Position numbers and translations under genes: made by a program. A DNA stretch of 64,000 bases from Spirochaetia bacterium (GTDB lineage Bacteria; Spirochaetota; Spirochaetia; SP-2023): the NCBI GenBank assembly GCA_965225855.1, contig CBDDCK010000005.1, positions 512,001 to 576,000 of the forward strand. The letters run 5' to 3'. Of the stretch, positions 20,651 to 29,680 are shown in pieces. Position 1 is the stretch's first letter. Each line of letters opens with the position of its first letter. Below the pieces are notes generated by a model, which was not told where the DNA came from, did not search any database, and saw nothing but the letters and a program-made list of their open reading frames with translations.

Positions 20651-20850
20651 GCCAAAGTTATCTCCGTGAATTGCTCGGGCAATATACGGGAAGAGCTTTG
20701 GCTAAATACGGGAAGAGCTTCGGCTAAATACGGGAAGAGCCCCGACTAAATACGGGAAGAGCTTCGGCAATACACTGTTTTACTTAGAGGCGGCTACTTA
20801 GTAGGCCAACACTTTATTATTGTTGTTTAGGTTTTTATTTAAATGCCGAG
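20651..20850. repeat. Dispersed element, family B: leader + 4 x 22-bp (AAATACGGGAAGAGCTTCGGCT) + trailer, upstream of mod2
   Basis: Leader GCCAAAGTTATCTCCGTGAATTGCTCGGGC and trailer AATACACTGTTTTACT are shared with the copies at 22922 and 26151. Confidence 0.9.
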
Positions 20851-20889
20851 GATATGGCAATATGCGGTAAACGATAACAGGAATAACCA

Positions 20890-22887
20890 ATGATAGAACT
20901 AGGACAAGAACCAGAAATTATAAAACAACGCCTAACCGATAACATTAAAGCACCGAATAATATCGAGCTTTTAAAACAACATTTTTCACACTGCTTTGAT
21001 AAAGCGGGGGCTTTTGACTTTGCTAAATTTAAGCAAGAGCTTTCGCAAAATGAAGAGACTAATTTTTCTAAAGAAAGTTACGGCTTAGAGTGGCTGGGCA
21101 AAAGCTATGCCAGACTTTTGGCTAGCGATGAAGCCACCACCTTACTTAGAGAAAATAAAGAGTGGAACGCCCAAGCCCAAAACCAAAACAGTCAAAATCT
21201 ACTCCTCAAAGGCGATAATCTGGAGGTGCTAAAGCATTTAAGTAATGCCTACTACCAAAAAATCAAGATGATATACATTGACCCACCTTATAATACAGGT
21301 AGTGATGGCTTTGTCTATCAAGATAATAGAAAGTTTAATACCCAAGAGTTAGCCGAGTTGGCAGGCATAGACGAAGAACAAGCTCAACGCATTTTGGACT
21401 TTACCCAAAGCAAAAGCAACTCCCACAGTGCTTGGCTTACCTTTATGTACACCAGATTATACATTGCCAAACAATTACTCAAAGACGATGGCGTACTATT
21501 TATTAGCATTGACGACAACGAACAAGCCAATCTAAAACTACTTTGTGATGAGATTTTTGGCGAGGATAATTTTGTAGGAAATATTATTTGGCATAAAAAA
21601 ACACAACCTTCTTTTTTAAGTAGTGAAATATCTAATGTTAAAGAGTATATTTTACTTTATAAGAAGTCTGAAAAATTGATTAAAACTTTTGGAGGGACTA
21701 CAAACCCTGATAAAAAGATAGAGATGATAAATGCTTCAAATAAAGAAGATGTTAGGACTTTTAACAGAAATAATATTATTTTTGACAATGGTGCTTTTAA
21801 CGGTATTTTACAAAAAGGTAAGTATGGGAATGCTAATTTACAAATAGAACTACTACAAAATGTTGAGATAGCTAACGGAAAGCCGTTATGTGATTTTGCA
21901 TTAATAGGTAGGTTTAAGTGGTCTCAAGTAAAAATCAATGAATCTTTTAGTAAAGGGGATACATTTTATTTAACTACAAAAACATTAAGACCAATTATGG
22001 AACAAAAAGAAAAAGTGGTAAAAACAAAACCAATTCTTGATTTATTAAGTAAGAAAACTAATTTTGAAATAGGGACTAATACAGATGGGACAAATGAAAT
22101 AGCAAATATTTTTCAAAAAAAAGAATTATTTACTAATCCAAAGCCTACTAAATTAATCAAATACCTTATAAAAAGTATTGAAAACAACCCCAACGACCTA
22201 ATCCTAGACTTCTTTGCTGGCAGTGGTACTACTGGCGAGGCGGTAATGCAATTAAACAGTGAAGACGGCGGTAATAGAAAGTTTATCTTGGTACAGTGGG
22301 ACGAAGCCATAAAAGAAAACAGCGAAGCCTATCGGTTTTGTACGCAGAACAATTTAAAGCCCGTTATTTCTAGTATTACACAAGAACGCCTTATAAGAGC
22401 TGGGCAAAAGCTAACAAAAGGGAATATAACGGACTTATCCACTTTGGATTTGGGTTTTAAGATTTTTGAAACCATAGCCAACGATGAGGGCGTGTGGGCA
22501 AATTATGACTTTGCAGCTAAAGAATCAAATGACAATATTGTCCTTTTGGACGAGGAAAAATTGCAAGAACAAGACTTGCAAAACCTACTCACCACTTGGA
22601 AAACTTATGACAATATCCCGCTAACCCAAGATTTAAGCGCGGTGGATTTAGCAGGGTATAAGGGCTATTACTTTGACAGTAAATTATATTTAGTCTATCC
22701 AGGTTTTGCGACAGAACACCTTGTAGCCCTGCTCAATAAAATAGATGGCGATACAAAATTTAATCCGGCCAATATCTACCTCTTTGGTTTTAACTTTGAA
22801 AGCAAAATGTTGCGAGAATTGGCAGAGAATATAGCCAATTACAAAAACAAGAAAGCAATTGAGATGGATTTAATCACCAGATATTGA
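20890..22887 (+). CDS. mod: Type III RM methyltransferase Mod (mod2)
   Basis: [46 protein letters not shown]; followed by res. Confidence 0.96.
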   Translation: MIELGQEPEIIKQRLTDNIKAPNNIELLKQHFSHCFDKAGAFDFAKFKQELSQNEETNFSKESYGLEWLGKSYARLLASDEATTLLRENKEWNAQAQNQNSQNLLLKGDNLEVLKHLSNAYYQKIKMIYIDPPYNTGSDGFVYQDNRKFNTQELAELAGIDEEQAQRILDFTQSKSNSHSAWLTFMYTRLYIAKQLLKDDGVLFISIDDNEQANLKLLCDEIFGEDNFVGNIIWHKKTQPSFLSSEISNVKEYILLYKKSEKLIKTFGGTTNPDKKIEMINASNKEDVRTFNRNNIIFDNGAFNGILQKGKYGNANLQIELLQNVEIANGKPLCDFALIGRFKWSQVKINESFSKGDTFYLTTKTLRPIMEQKEKVVKTKPILDLLSKKTNFEIGTNTDGTNEIANIFQKKELFTNPKPTKLIKYLIKSIENNPNDLILDFFAGSGTTGEAVMQLNSEDGGNRKFILVQWDEAIKENSEAYRFCTQNNLKPVISSITQERLIRAGQKLTKGNITDLSTLDLGFKIFETIANDEGVWANYDFAAKESNDNIVLLDEEKLQEQDLQNLLTTWKTYDNIPLTQDLSAVDLAGYKGYYFDSKLYLVYPGFATEHLVALLNKIDGDTKFNPANIYLFGFNFESKMLRELAENIANYKNKKAIEMDLITRY

Positions 22888-22921
22888 TATGCCAAAATAG
22901 TTTTAGCGATGCAATAACATA

Positions 22922-23090
22922 GCCAAAGTTATCTGCGTGAATTGCTCGGGCAATATACGGGAAGAGCTTCGGCTAAATACGGGAAGAGCTTTGGCAATAC
23001 ACTGTTTTACTGAAACGCTGCGCTTGTGGACGGTACTGGTAAAAATACTCATTGATTATGGTTGTTTGGTTTTTGGTTTCAATGCTGAAG
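22922..23090. repeat. Family B element with 2 x 22-bp units, upstream of res1
   Basis: Same leader, unit and trailer as the copy at 20651. Confidence 0.9.
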
Positions 23091-23109
23091 GTTGATAAGA
23101 GATACGAAT

Positions 23110-26031
23110 ATGGTAAAATTACATTTTGAAAAGAACTTAGAACATCAACGACAAGCCGTTGAGGCCACTATCAAAGTCTTTGATGGGGTAGAACAACAAA
23201 CGCCTAAGGGCGTGCATAAAAATAGTATCAATCCAACTTTTAATTACCAAAGCCTTGCATTCAAACAGAATATCAAGCAAATACAAAGGCATAATGGCAT
23301 TGAAGCAAAACCAACTTTTTCTAATATCATTGATATTATGATGGAGACGGGCACGGGCAAGACTTATACCTATACCAAGACTATTTTTGAGCTGAATCAG
23401 CATTACGGCATTTTTAAGTTTATTGTGGTTGTGCCCACCTTGCCCATTAAAGCCGGGACAATTGATTTTTTACAATCCGATAGCACCAGAGGGCATTTTC
23501 AAACCCAGTACAACAAAAGAATCAATCTGCATATTGTCCAAAGCGAAAATAAAAAAGCTAACAAAAAATCATCGGCTATGCCTCCGGCGATTAGCGAATT
23601 TGTCAAGGCACAAAACCATAACAATATGGAAGTGATGATTATCAATGCAGGAATGATTAACTCGGACACAATGGGCAAAACATACGATACCACTTTATTT
23701 GATAGGTACAAAATACCTTTTGAAGGCATAGCAGAGACCAAGCCCTTTATAATTATAGACGAACCACACAAGTTTGATAAGAAAAACAAAACTTGGGAGA
23801 ATATACAAAAATTCAATGCTCAATGTATCTTGCGCTATGGTGCAACCTTTCCCGAAAAACAGATTAAAAGGCCAATACCCTTATTAAAGAAAAAAGAAAC
23901 TATAAAAATTAAAGATTATCACAATCTGATTTATGAACTCAAAGCTATAGATGCCTTTAACCAAAAGCTAGTCAAGGGAGTTATTGGGCATATTACCGAG
24001 TTTGCAGAAGGCCAAAAGGTTATGGTGCAATTAACAGGCTCTGATGACAAGGAAGCGAGTTTTAAATTGATTGGTACTAAAGACAAAAATAGCGTTAAGC
24101 TAACCAAAAAACAGAGCTTATCAAAAATACATCAAGCCATAGATGATTTGTGTATAGATAAACTCAATAAAACAGAAGTGATACTTTCCAATGGCTTACA
24201 ACTCAAAAAGGGCGATAAGATTAGCCCCTTTTCTTATCACCAAACCCTGCAAGAGTATATGATAGCAAAAGCGGTAGGGAAACACTTTGAAAAAGAAAGG
24301 GCCTACCTTACGCAAGAGGTCAAAATCAAACCCTTGACACTATTTTTTATCGACAATATTGATGAGTACAGAGACCAAGAAGGCAGTATAAGGCAAATAG
24401 TCGAAACGCAAATTAAAGCCCAAGCGGAAGGATTACTCGAAGGTGAAAACAATGCTTTTTATAAAAGCTATTTAGAACAAACGCTAAAGGATATTGCCCA
24501 AACGCACGGCGGCTATTTCTCCAAAGACAACAGCGATAAAGACGATAAAATTGAAAAAGAAGTCAATGAGATTTTGCACGATAAGCAAGCCTTATTGGAC
24601 TTAAACAATACAAGGCGATTTATCTTTTCTAAATGGACACTCAAAGAAGGCTGGGATAACCCCAATATATTCCAAATTTGCAAATTGCGCAGCAGTGGTT
24701 CGGAAATATCCAAACTGCAAGAAGTCGGTAGAGGCTTGCGCTTGCCGGTCAATGAATACGGCAATAGGGTCAAAGATATCGAGTTTTATTTGGATTATTT
24801 CGTGGATTTCACCGAAGATGATTTTATTGACCAACTGGTTCAAGAGGTGAATCATAAGTCCAATGCTTTCTCAAGAGAGGCCCATTACGACAAGCTAAGC
24901 GATGAAATGGTCGGAATGATTTGCAAGCATTATAGTATTTCAGAAGAGGATTTATTAAAGAGCTTAGACGAACAAAACCTTATTACAAGGGCAAATCAAT
25001 TTAAAGAGGGTGGTCTAGATTATATTAGAGAACACTATCCTTTGATCTTTGCAGGCGTTGATAGCAATCAAATACGAAAAGATACAGATACCAAACCAAA
25101 GGCTAAAATAAGGGTTGAAAAGTATCCCCAGCTACAAGCCTTGTGGGAGAAGCTGAACCAAAAAGTTATCTTAGAGTATAACATAAAAAATGAACCAGCA
25201 TTTAAAGACTTACTGAATGGCTTTTTAGAAAATGCTACTTCCTTTGTAAGTACGGGGATTACAGAAAAAACGCAACAGATTAAGCTGAAAAAGGACGAGG
25301 CTTTTATATTGGAAGAAACCTCGATTAGCGATAGCGACTTAACCGCAATGGTTACCATGCCCTACGATAAGTTTTTAAAACAGCTAGCCAAAGCCTTACA
25401 TATCAATATGAAAACCTTGCATAACGCTTTTGTGGATTTGCATATTCCTATTAACCAATACCTTAACCAGACGACTATAAGAAGCTTTAAACAAAAATTT
25501 AATAACTATTTAATGCATCAAGCCATCAATGATTTTGGCATCGCCTACCAACAAGTAACCAACGCTATTCACCCCACCAAGCTCACCAATACCCAAGGCG
25601 ATGTACAAAAAGAAATCAATGCTGCCGATGTGGGCGTACTGCAATCCGGCGAAAAAGTAGCGGATAAATACCTTTTTGAACAATTATTTTATGATTCGGA
25701 GTTAGAAAAAGAAAATATCAAGCAGAATATTCAAGAAGTGATTGTCTTTACCAAAATCCCCAAAAACTCTATAAAAATCCCCGTTGCAGGGGGCAAAAGC
25801 TATTCGCCGGACTTTGCCTATGTATTCAAATCAAAAGATGGCAACGAGCAACTACACTTTATCGTAGAAACCAAAAATGCCGATGAAGAAGGGCTAAGAG
25901 CTGAAGAACAAGCCAAAATACAATATGCCGAACAATTTTTTAAAGGGGCTATCAAAGTTAAATTTGAAACGCAGTTTAAAGAACAAACAATAATCGAGCT
26001 GATTGAGAAAGCATATAACGGGCAGATATAA
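23110..26031 (+). CDS. res: Type III restriction endonuclease Res (res1)
   Basis: METGTGKT, IIIDEPH, KWTLKEGWDNPN, QEVGRGLRL, YSPDFAY..FIVETK. ATG 23110 preferred. Confidence 0.96.
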   Translation: MVKLHFEKNLEHQRQAVEATIKVFDGVEQQTPKGVHKNSINPTFNYQSLAFKQNIKQIQRHNGIEAKPTFSNIIDIMMETGTGKTYTYTKTIFELNQHYGIFKFIVVVPTLPIKAGTIDFLQSDSTRGHFQTQYNKRINLHIVQSENKKANKKSSAMPPAISEFVKAQNHNNMEVMIINAGMINSDTMGKTYDTTLFDRYKIPFEGIAETKPFIIIDEPHKFDKKNKTWENIQKFNAQCILRYGATFPEKQIKRPIPLLKKKETIKIKDYHNLIYELKAIDAFNQKLVKGVIGHITEFAEGQKVMVQLTGSDDKEASFKLIGTKDKNSVKLTKKQSLSKIHQAIDDLCIDKLNKTEVILSNGLQLKKGDKISPFSYHQTLQEYMIAKAVGKHFEKERAYLTQEVKIKPLTLFFIDNIDEYRDQEGSIRQIVETQIKAQAEGLLEGENNAFYKSYLEQTLKDIAQTHGGYFSKDNSDKDDKIEKEVNEILHDKQALLDLNNTRRFIFSKWTLKEGWDNPNIFQICKLRSSGSEISKLQEVGRGLRLPVNEYGNRVKDIEFYLDYFVDFTEDDFIDQLVQEVNHKSNAFSREAHYDKLSDEMVGMICKHYSISEEDLLKSLDEQNLITRANQFKEGGLDYIREHYPLIFAGVDSNQIRKDTDTKPKAKIRVEKYPQLQALWEKLNQKVILEYNIKNEPAFKDLLNGFLENATSFVSTGITEKTQQIKLKKDEAFILEETSISDSDLTAMVTMPYDKFLKQLAKALHINMKTLHNAFVDLHIPINQYLNQTTIRSFKQKFNNYLMHQAINDFGIAYQQVTNAIHPTKLTNTQGDVQKEINAADVGVLQSGEKVADKYLFEQLFYDSELEKENIKQNIQEVIVFTKIPKNSIKIPVAGGKSYSPDFAYVFKSKDGNEQLHFIVETKNADEEGLRAEEQAKIQYAEQFFKGAIKVKFETQFKEQTIIELIEKAYNGQI

Positions 26032-26150
26032 TAAGTATATACTGCTTCACTGAAAGCACAAAACCAAACGCCCCCACCCAAACAGAGCCCCCAAGAGCGC
26101 CTTACAGCAAATAATTTTGGCAAATAGCTTTAGCAATTTAACAAAACAAG

Positions 26151-26410
26151 CAAAGTTATCTCCGTGAATTGCTAGGGCAATATACGGTCAGAGCCCCGAC
26201 TAAATACGGTCAGAGCTCGCCCTAAATACGGGAAGAGCTTTGCCCATATACTGTTTTACTTAGAGGCTACCCTTAAAGGCTAGCATTCAAAGTAGTTATG
26301 TGCCAGTGGTGGATGCGATGGCTAGCTGGGAATTTTACATAAATATGATTGGCCAAAACCATACTAATTGATTATGATTGCTTTGATTTTTTATGTGAAT
26401 ACTAAGGAGA
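26151..26410. repeat. Family B element with 3 x 22-bp units, upstream of mod3
   Basis: CAAAGTTATCTCCGTGAATTGCTAGGGC leader, units AAATACGG(TC/GA)AGAGC, trailer ATACTGTTTTACTTAGAGGC, and the distal ATACT.ATTGATTATG block. Confidence 0.85.
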
Positions 26411-26418
26411 GTGGAGCT

Positions 26419-28341
26419 ATGATCAACCAAAGCGATTTACCAAAACACAACATACCCAGCCTAGACTCTGCGCAAACGCACAACGCAAGCCAAAACGCAA
26501 CACTACAAGCCCTCAAACAATTATTGCCGCAAGTCATCAATGCCGATGGCCAATTGAATATTGAGGCACTCAAAGATGTTATAGATATTGCCCAAACCAC
26601 CGCCAACAACAAAGGCTATGAGCTTACTTTTGCCGGCAAGGGCTTGGCCAAAGCCAAAGCCAGTAGCGAAACTGCTTATGAACTCAAAGCCCAAACAGAG
26701 CAAAGCAAAGATTTTGACACTAGCCAAAATATCGTGATTCGGGGCGACAATTTGGAAGTATTAAAAATCTTAAAAGCCAATTACTTTGAGAAAGTCAAAA
26801 TGATTTATATTGACCCGCCCTACAATACCAAGAGCGACAATTTTATCTATAGCGACAATTTCGAGAAAAAGCAACAAGAGCTTATCGAAAGTTTTGGTTT
26901 GGACGAAAGCACAAAGGATTTTCTAAGCAATGTTTACGGCACGCAAAGCCACAGCGGTTGGTTGGCCTTTATCTATCCGCGCTTGAAACTTGCAAGGGAT
27001 TTACTTAGAGATGATGGCGTGATATTTATTAGTATAGACGATAACGAACAAGCCAATCTGAAAATACTTTGTGATGAGATTTTTGGGCAAGATAATTTTG
27101 GAACAAGTTTTATATGGCAGAAAACAGATGCGAAGGTAGATCAAAATACAAATGCAAAAGTTATACACCGAGAGAAAAAAATACATGAATATATTTTATG
27201 TATTTTTAAAAATAAAGGCACAACGAGATTTAATAAAATAAAAAAACTGCCGATTTGGGGCAAACAACAAACTAACCCCGACAAAGATAAGAGAGGTAAT
27301 TGGCAATCAGGGATAATATCTTATGAAGAAGGACACAAAAACGAGGATAAAAGCAGTGAGTATTACTATACTTTAATATCCCCGTCTGGTATAAAATGGA
27401 AAAGGCATTGGTTTTTAAACCAAAAAGATATGAATGAGTTGGTTTTAGATAATAGGGTATATTTTGGGAAATCACCAGACTATAACAACGTACCAAGAAA
27501 AAAGACCTTTGAAAATGAGGAACAAAATTACCATTTTGAAACAATAGTAAGGGAAATGGGAACAAGTTCCAGCAGTAAAAGTGAAATAGAAGAAATATTT
27601 GATAAAAGGAAAGGAATATTTGATACACCAAAGCCAATTAAATTGGTAAAAGAAATTGTACGATGTTCTACCAACCCAAACGACCTAATCTTAGACTTTT
27701 TCGCAGGGAGTGGCACTACTGGCGATGCGGTGATGCAATTGAATAATGAAGACGGCGGCACTAGAAAATTTATCTTAGTGCAGTGGGACGAAGCCATCAA
27801 AGAAAACAGCGAAGCCTATCGGTTTTGTACGGAGAATAATTTAGAGCCCGTTATCTCCAGCATCACCATAGAACGCTTACATCGTGCGGGGGCTAAACTC
27901 AAACAAGAGCAAAAAACCAAAGAAGGTATATTTGAAAGTGAAAATTTGGATATAGGTTATAAAGTGTTTTCGCTTACGCCCAAGCCCAAACTTACGGAAG
28001 GGGCTAATAATGTATTTGTGTTAGAAAATCAAAGAAACAATAGCACTGACACTTTATATAATATGCTTTGCGCCACCAATAAACCTTTGCATACGCCCGT
28101 ACAAGAACGTATTAAAGGTAGTTTGTATTTGGTGGAACATGTGGAAAAGGGCATAACGCAAAAAAGTTTTTATGTGCTCCATATGCCCAATGAAGAAATA
28201 GCCAAACAGATAATTGCTGAATTGGACAACAACCCCGATAGCCCAATTTATATAGATGGCTATAGTAGTATCTGTTTAGAAGATTGGTTTAATCTGGGCG
28301 CGCATCGTACCGACAAGAAAAATATAGCGGTGGTGTATTAG
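26419..28341 (+). CDS. mod: Type III RM methyltransferase Mod (mod3; close paralogue of mod1 with a different TRD)
   Basis: DPPY and FAGSGTT motifs; AAGGAGAG/GGAG RBS before ATG 26419. Confidence 0.96.
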   Translation: MINQSDLPKHNIPSLDSAQTHNASQNATLQALKQLLPQVINADGQLNIEALKDVIDIAQTTANNKGYELTFAGKGLAKAKASSETAYELKAQTEQSKDFDTSQNIVIRGDNLEVLKILKANYFEKVKMIYIDPPYNTKSDNFIYSDNFEKKQQELIESFGLDESTKDFLSNVYGTQSHSGWLAFIYPRLKLARDLLRDDGVIFISIDDNEQANLKILCDEIFGQDNFGTSFIWQKTDAKVDQNTNAKVIHREKKIHEYILCIFKNKGTTRFNKIKKLPIWGKQQTNPDKDKRGNWQSGIISYEEGHKNEDKSSEYYYTLISPSGIKWKRHWFLNQKDMNELVLDNRVYFGKSPDYNNVPRKKTFENEEQNYHFETIVREMGTSSSSKSEIEEIFDKRKGIFDTPKPIKLVKEIVRCSTNPNDLILDFFAGSGTTGDAVMQLNNEDGGTRKFILVQWDEAIKENSEAYRFCTENNLEPVISSITIERLHRAGAKLKQEQKTKEGIFESENLDIGYKVFSLTPKPKLTEGANNVFVLENQRNNSTDTLYNMLCATNKPLHTPVQERIKGSLYLVEHVEKGITQKSFYVLHMPNEEIAKQIIAELDNNPDSPIYIDGYSSICLEDWFNLGAHRTDKKNIAVVY

Positions 28342-28425
28342 TGGGGAAGCCAATTAAATCTAGGCGTGGATAATGCCAATAAGTAAAATATTATTGTGGT
28401 TTGTTAGAAATTTAAAAATTAGAAA

Positions 28426-29203
28426 ATGGCTATTATGAATTTTTGTTTAATGCAGTTAATACAAAAAAATACTACTGAAACAGAAAGATTTATTTATCCT
28501 AATAAAAGTAGTTTTCAGGGTATTGAAAAAGAGGGTTCTTTTAGAAATGGCAAAACTTTTTATGAGTTTAATATTGAAGAAACAGATAAATATATTTGGT
28601 TTTCTTTTGATTATGGAGAAGCAAATCCAAGAGATGATCAGCTAACAAATATACAAACGGGAGAAAAAAGAGACAATCCAAGAGCAGAAGACGAAAGTAG
28701 AAGAAACCAGACAGTTTTTTGTTCTATATGACTATGGAACGGAGTTTTTGTATATATATAACTTAGATAAAAAGAACATTTTTAAAACATTTTTAACTGA
28801 AAAATTATCAATAATTTTTGAAATAAAAAACATTTATGTATCAAAAGATGAATTCATTAAACAACTTAAAGAAGTTTCAAAAATTCAATTTACAGATACT
28901 AGAAATCTATTTAATCAAGGTAGTAAAGAAAGACAAGCATTAATAGATTTAACAGGAACAGATGCACCAGATAATTTTTCAATTGAAGCTACTTATTCAA
29001 AAGGAATGCTTGTTAAGATTGCACGATTTTTAAGAAAACAGGAAAACAGGAATTTAGTTATCAAGGGAAAAGATGAAAGCGGTTTTGAAAAGATATATAA
29101 TAGTGAAGACTTGACCCAAAAAATAAAGATTGATGTAACTAAAAATGATAATGGTAAATATGATTCTGAAACTGTAAAAATTAACTTACTGTCAAAATTA
29201 TAA
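28426..29203 (+). pseudogene. Hypothetical ~258-aa soluble protein split by a +1 frameshift near 28695
   Basis: Removing one A from GACGAAAGTA gives ...AEDEVEETRQFFVLYDYGTEFLYIYNLDKK, joining ORFs 28426-28731 and 28748-29203. Confidence 0.7.
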
Positions 29204-29211
29204 ATAGAACA

Positions 29212-29670
29212 ATGAAATTGAAATTTTTAAAACATAAAGATTTACATTGTTTTGTAATTTTAATGCTTATCTCCTATATTATGGGATATTTTATATTTGA
29301 TAAAGCCTATAATAATTATTCTGAATTGATTACTTTTTTATCCATAGTCTTTGGTTTTACCATAACATCATTTTCTATACTATTTAATACGCCATTGAAA
29401 AAGGTTCTTTATGATAGAAGAATAAAATATTATGAAACAGAATTACACAGGCTAAGAACTTTTTATTCCAGTGCTCTATTATTTAGCATTCTATCTATAT
29501 CTTTTTTATTAGTTTTCTATAAAGATTTTACCATACTTATAAACATAATGGAGTATAAGCTTTATATAGCAAAACATAATTTTATTTTACCTATAATTGT
29601 GGGAGAAATTTATTTTCTTTATAAACTTATGGAAGATTTATTTAGAATTTTTGTATATCCAACAAACTAA
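29212..29670 (+). CDS. Hypothetical 4-TM membrane protein
   Basis: Four hydrophobic segments, ITFLSIVFGFTITSFSILF; co-oriented between mod3 and res2. Confidence 0.75.
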   Translation: MKLKFLKHKDLHCFVILMLISYIMGYFIFDKAYNNYSELITFLSIVFGFTITSFSILFNTPLKKVLYDRRIKYYETELHRLRTFYSSALLFSILSISFLLVFYKDFTILINIMEYKLYIAKHNFILPIIVGEIYFLYKLMEDLFRIFVYPTN

Positions 29671-29680
29671 AGACTAACCC

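Noticed and set aside
20681..20770. CRISPR mini-array or Type III toxin-antitoxin RNA repeats
   Set aside because: No spacers; 22-nt units are shorter than known ToxI-type repeats and no ToxN-like gene follows.
6833..28341. Simple-sequence-repeat phase variation (phasevarion) in the mod genes
   Set aside because: No long tetra/pentanucleotide or poly-G/C tracts seen; only an A8 run in mod1, expected in AT-rich DNA.
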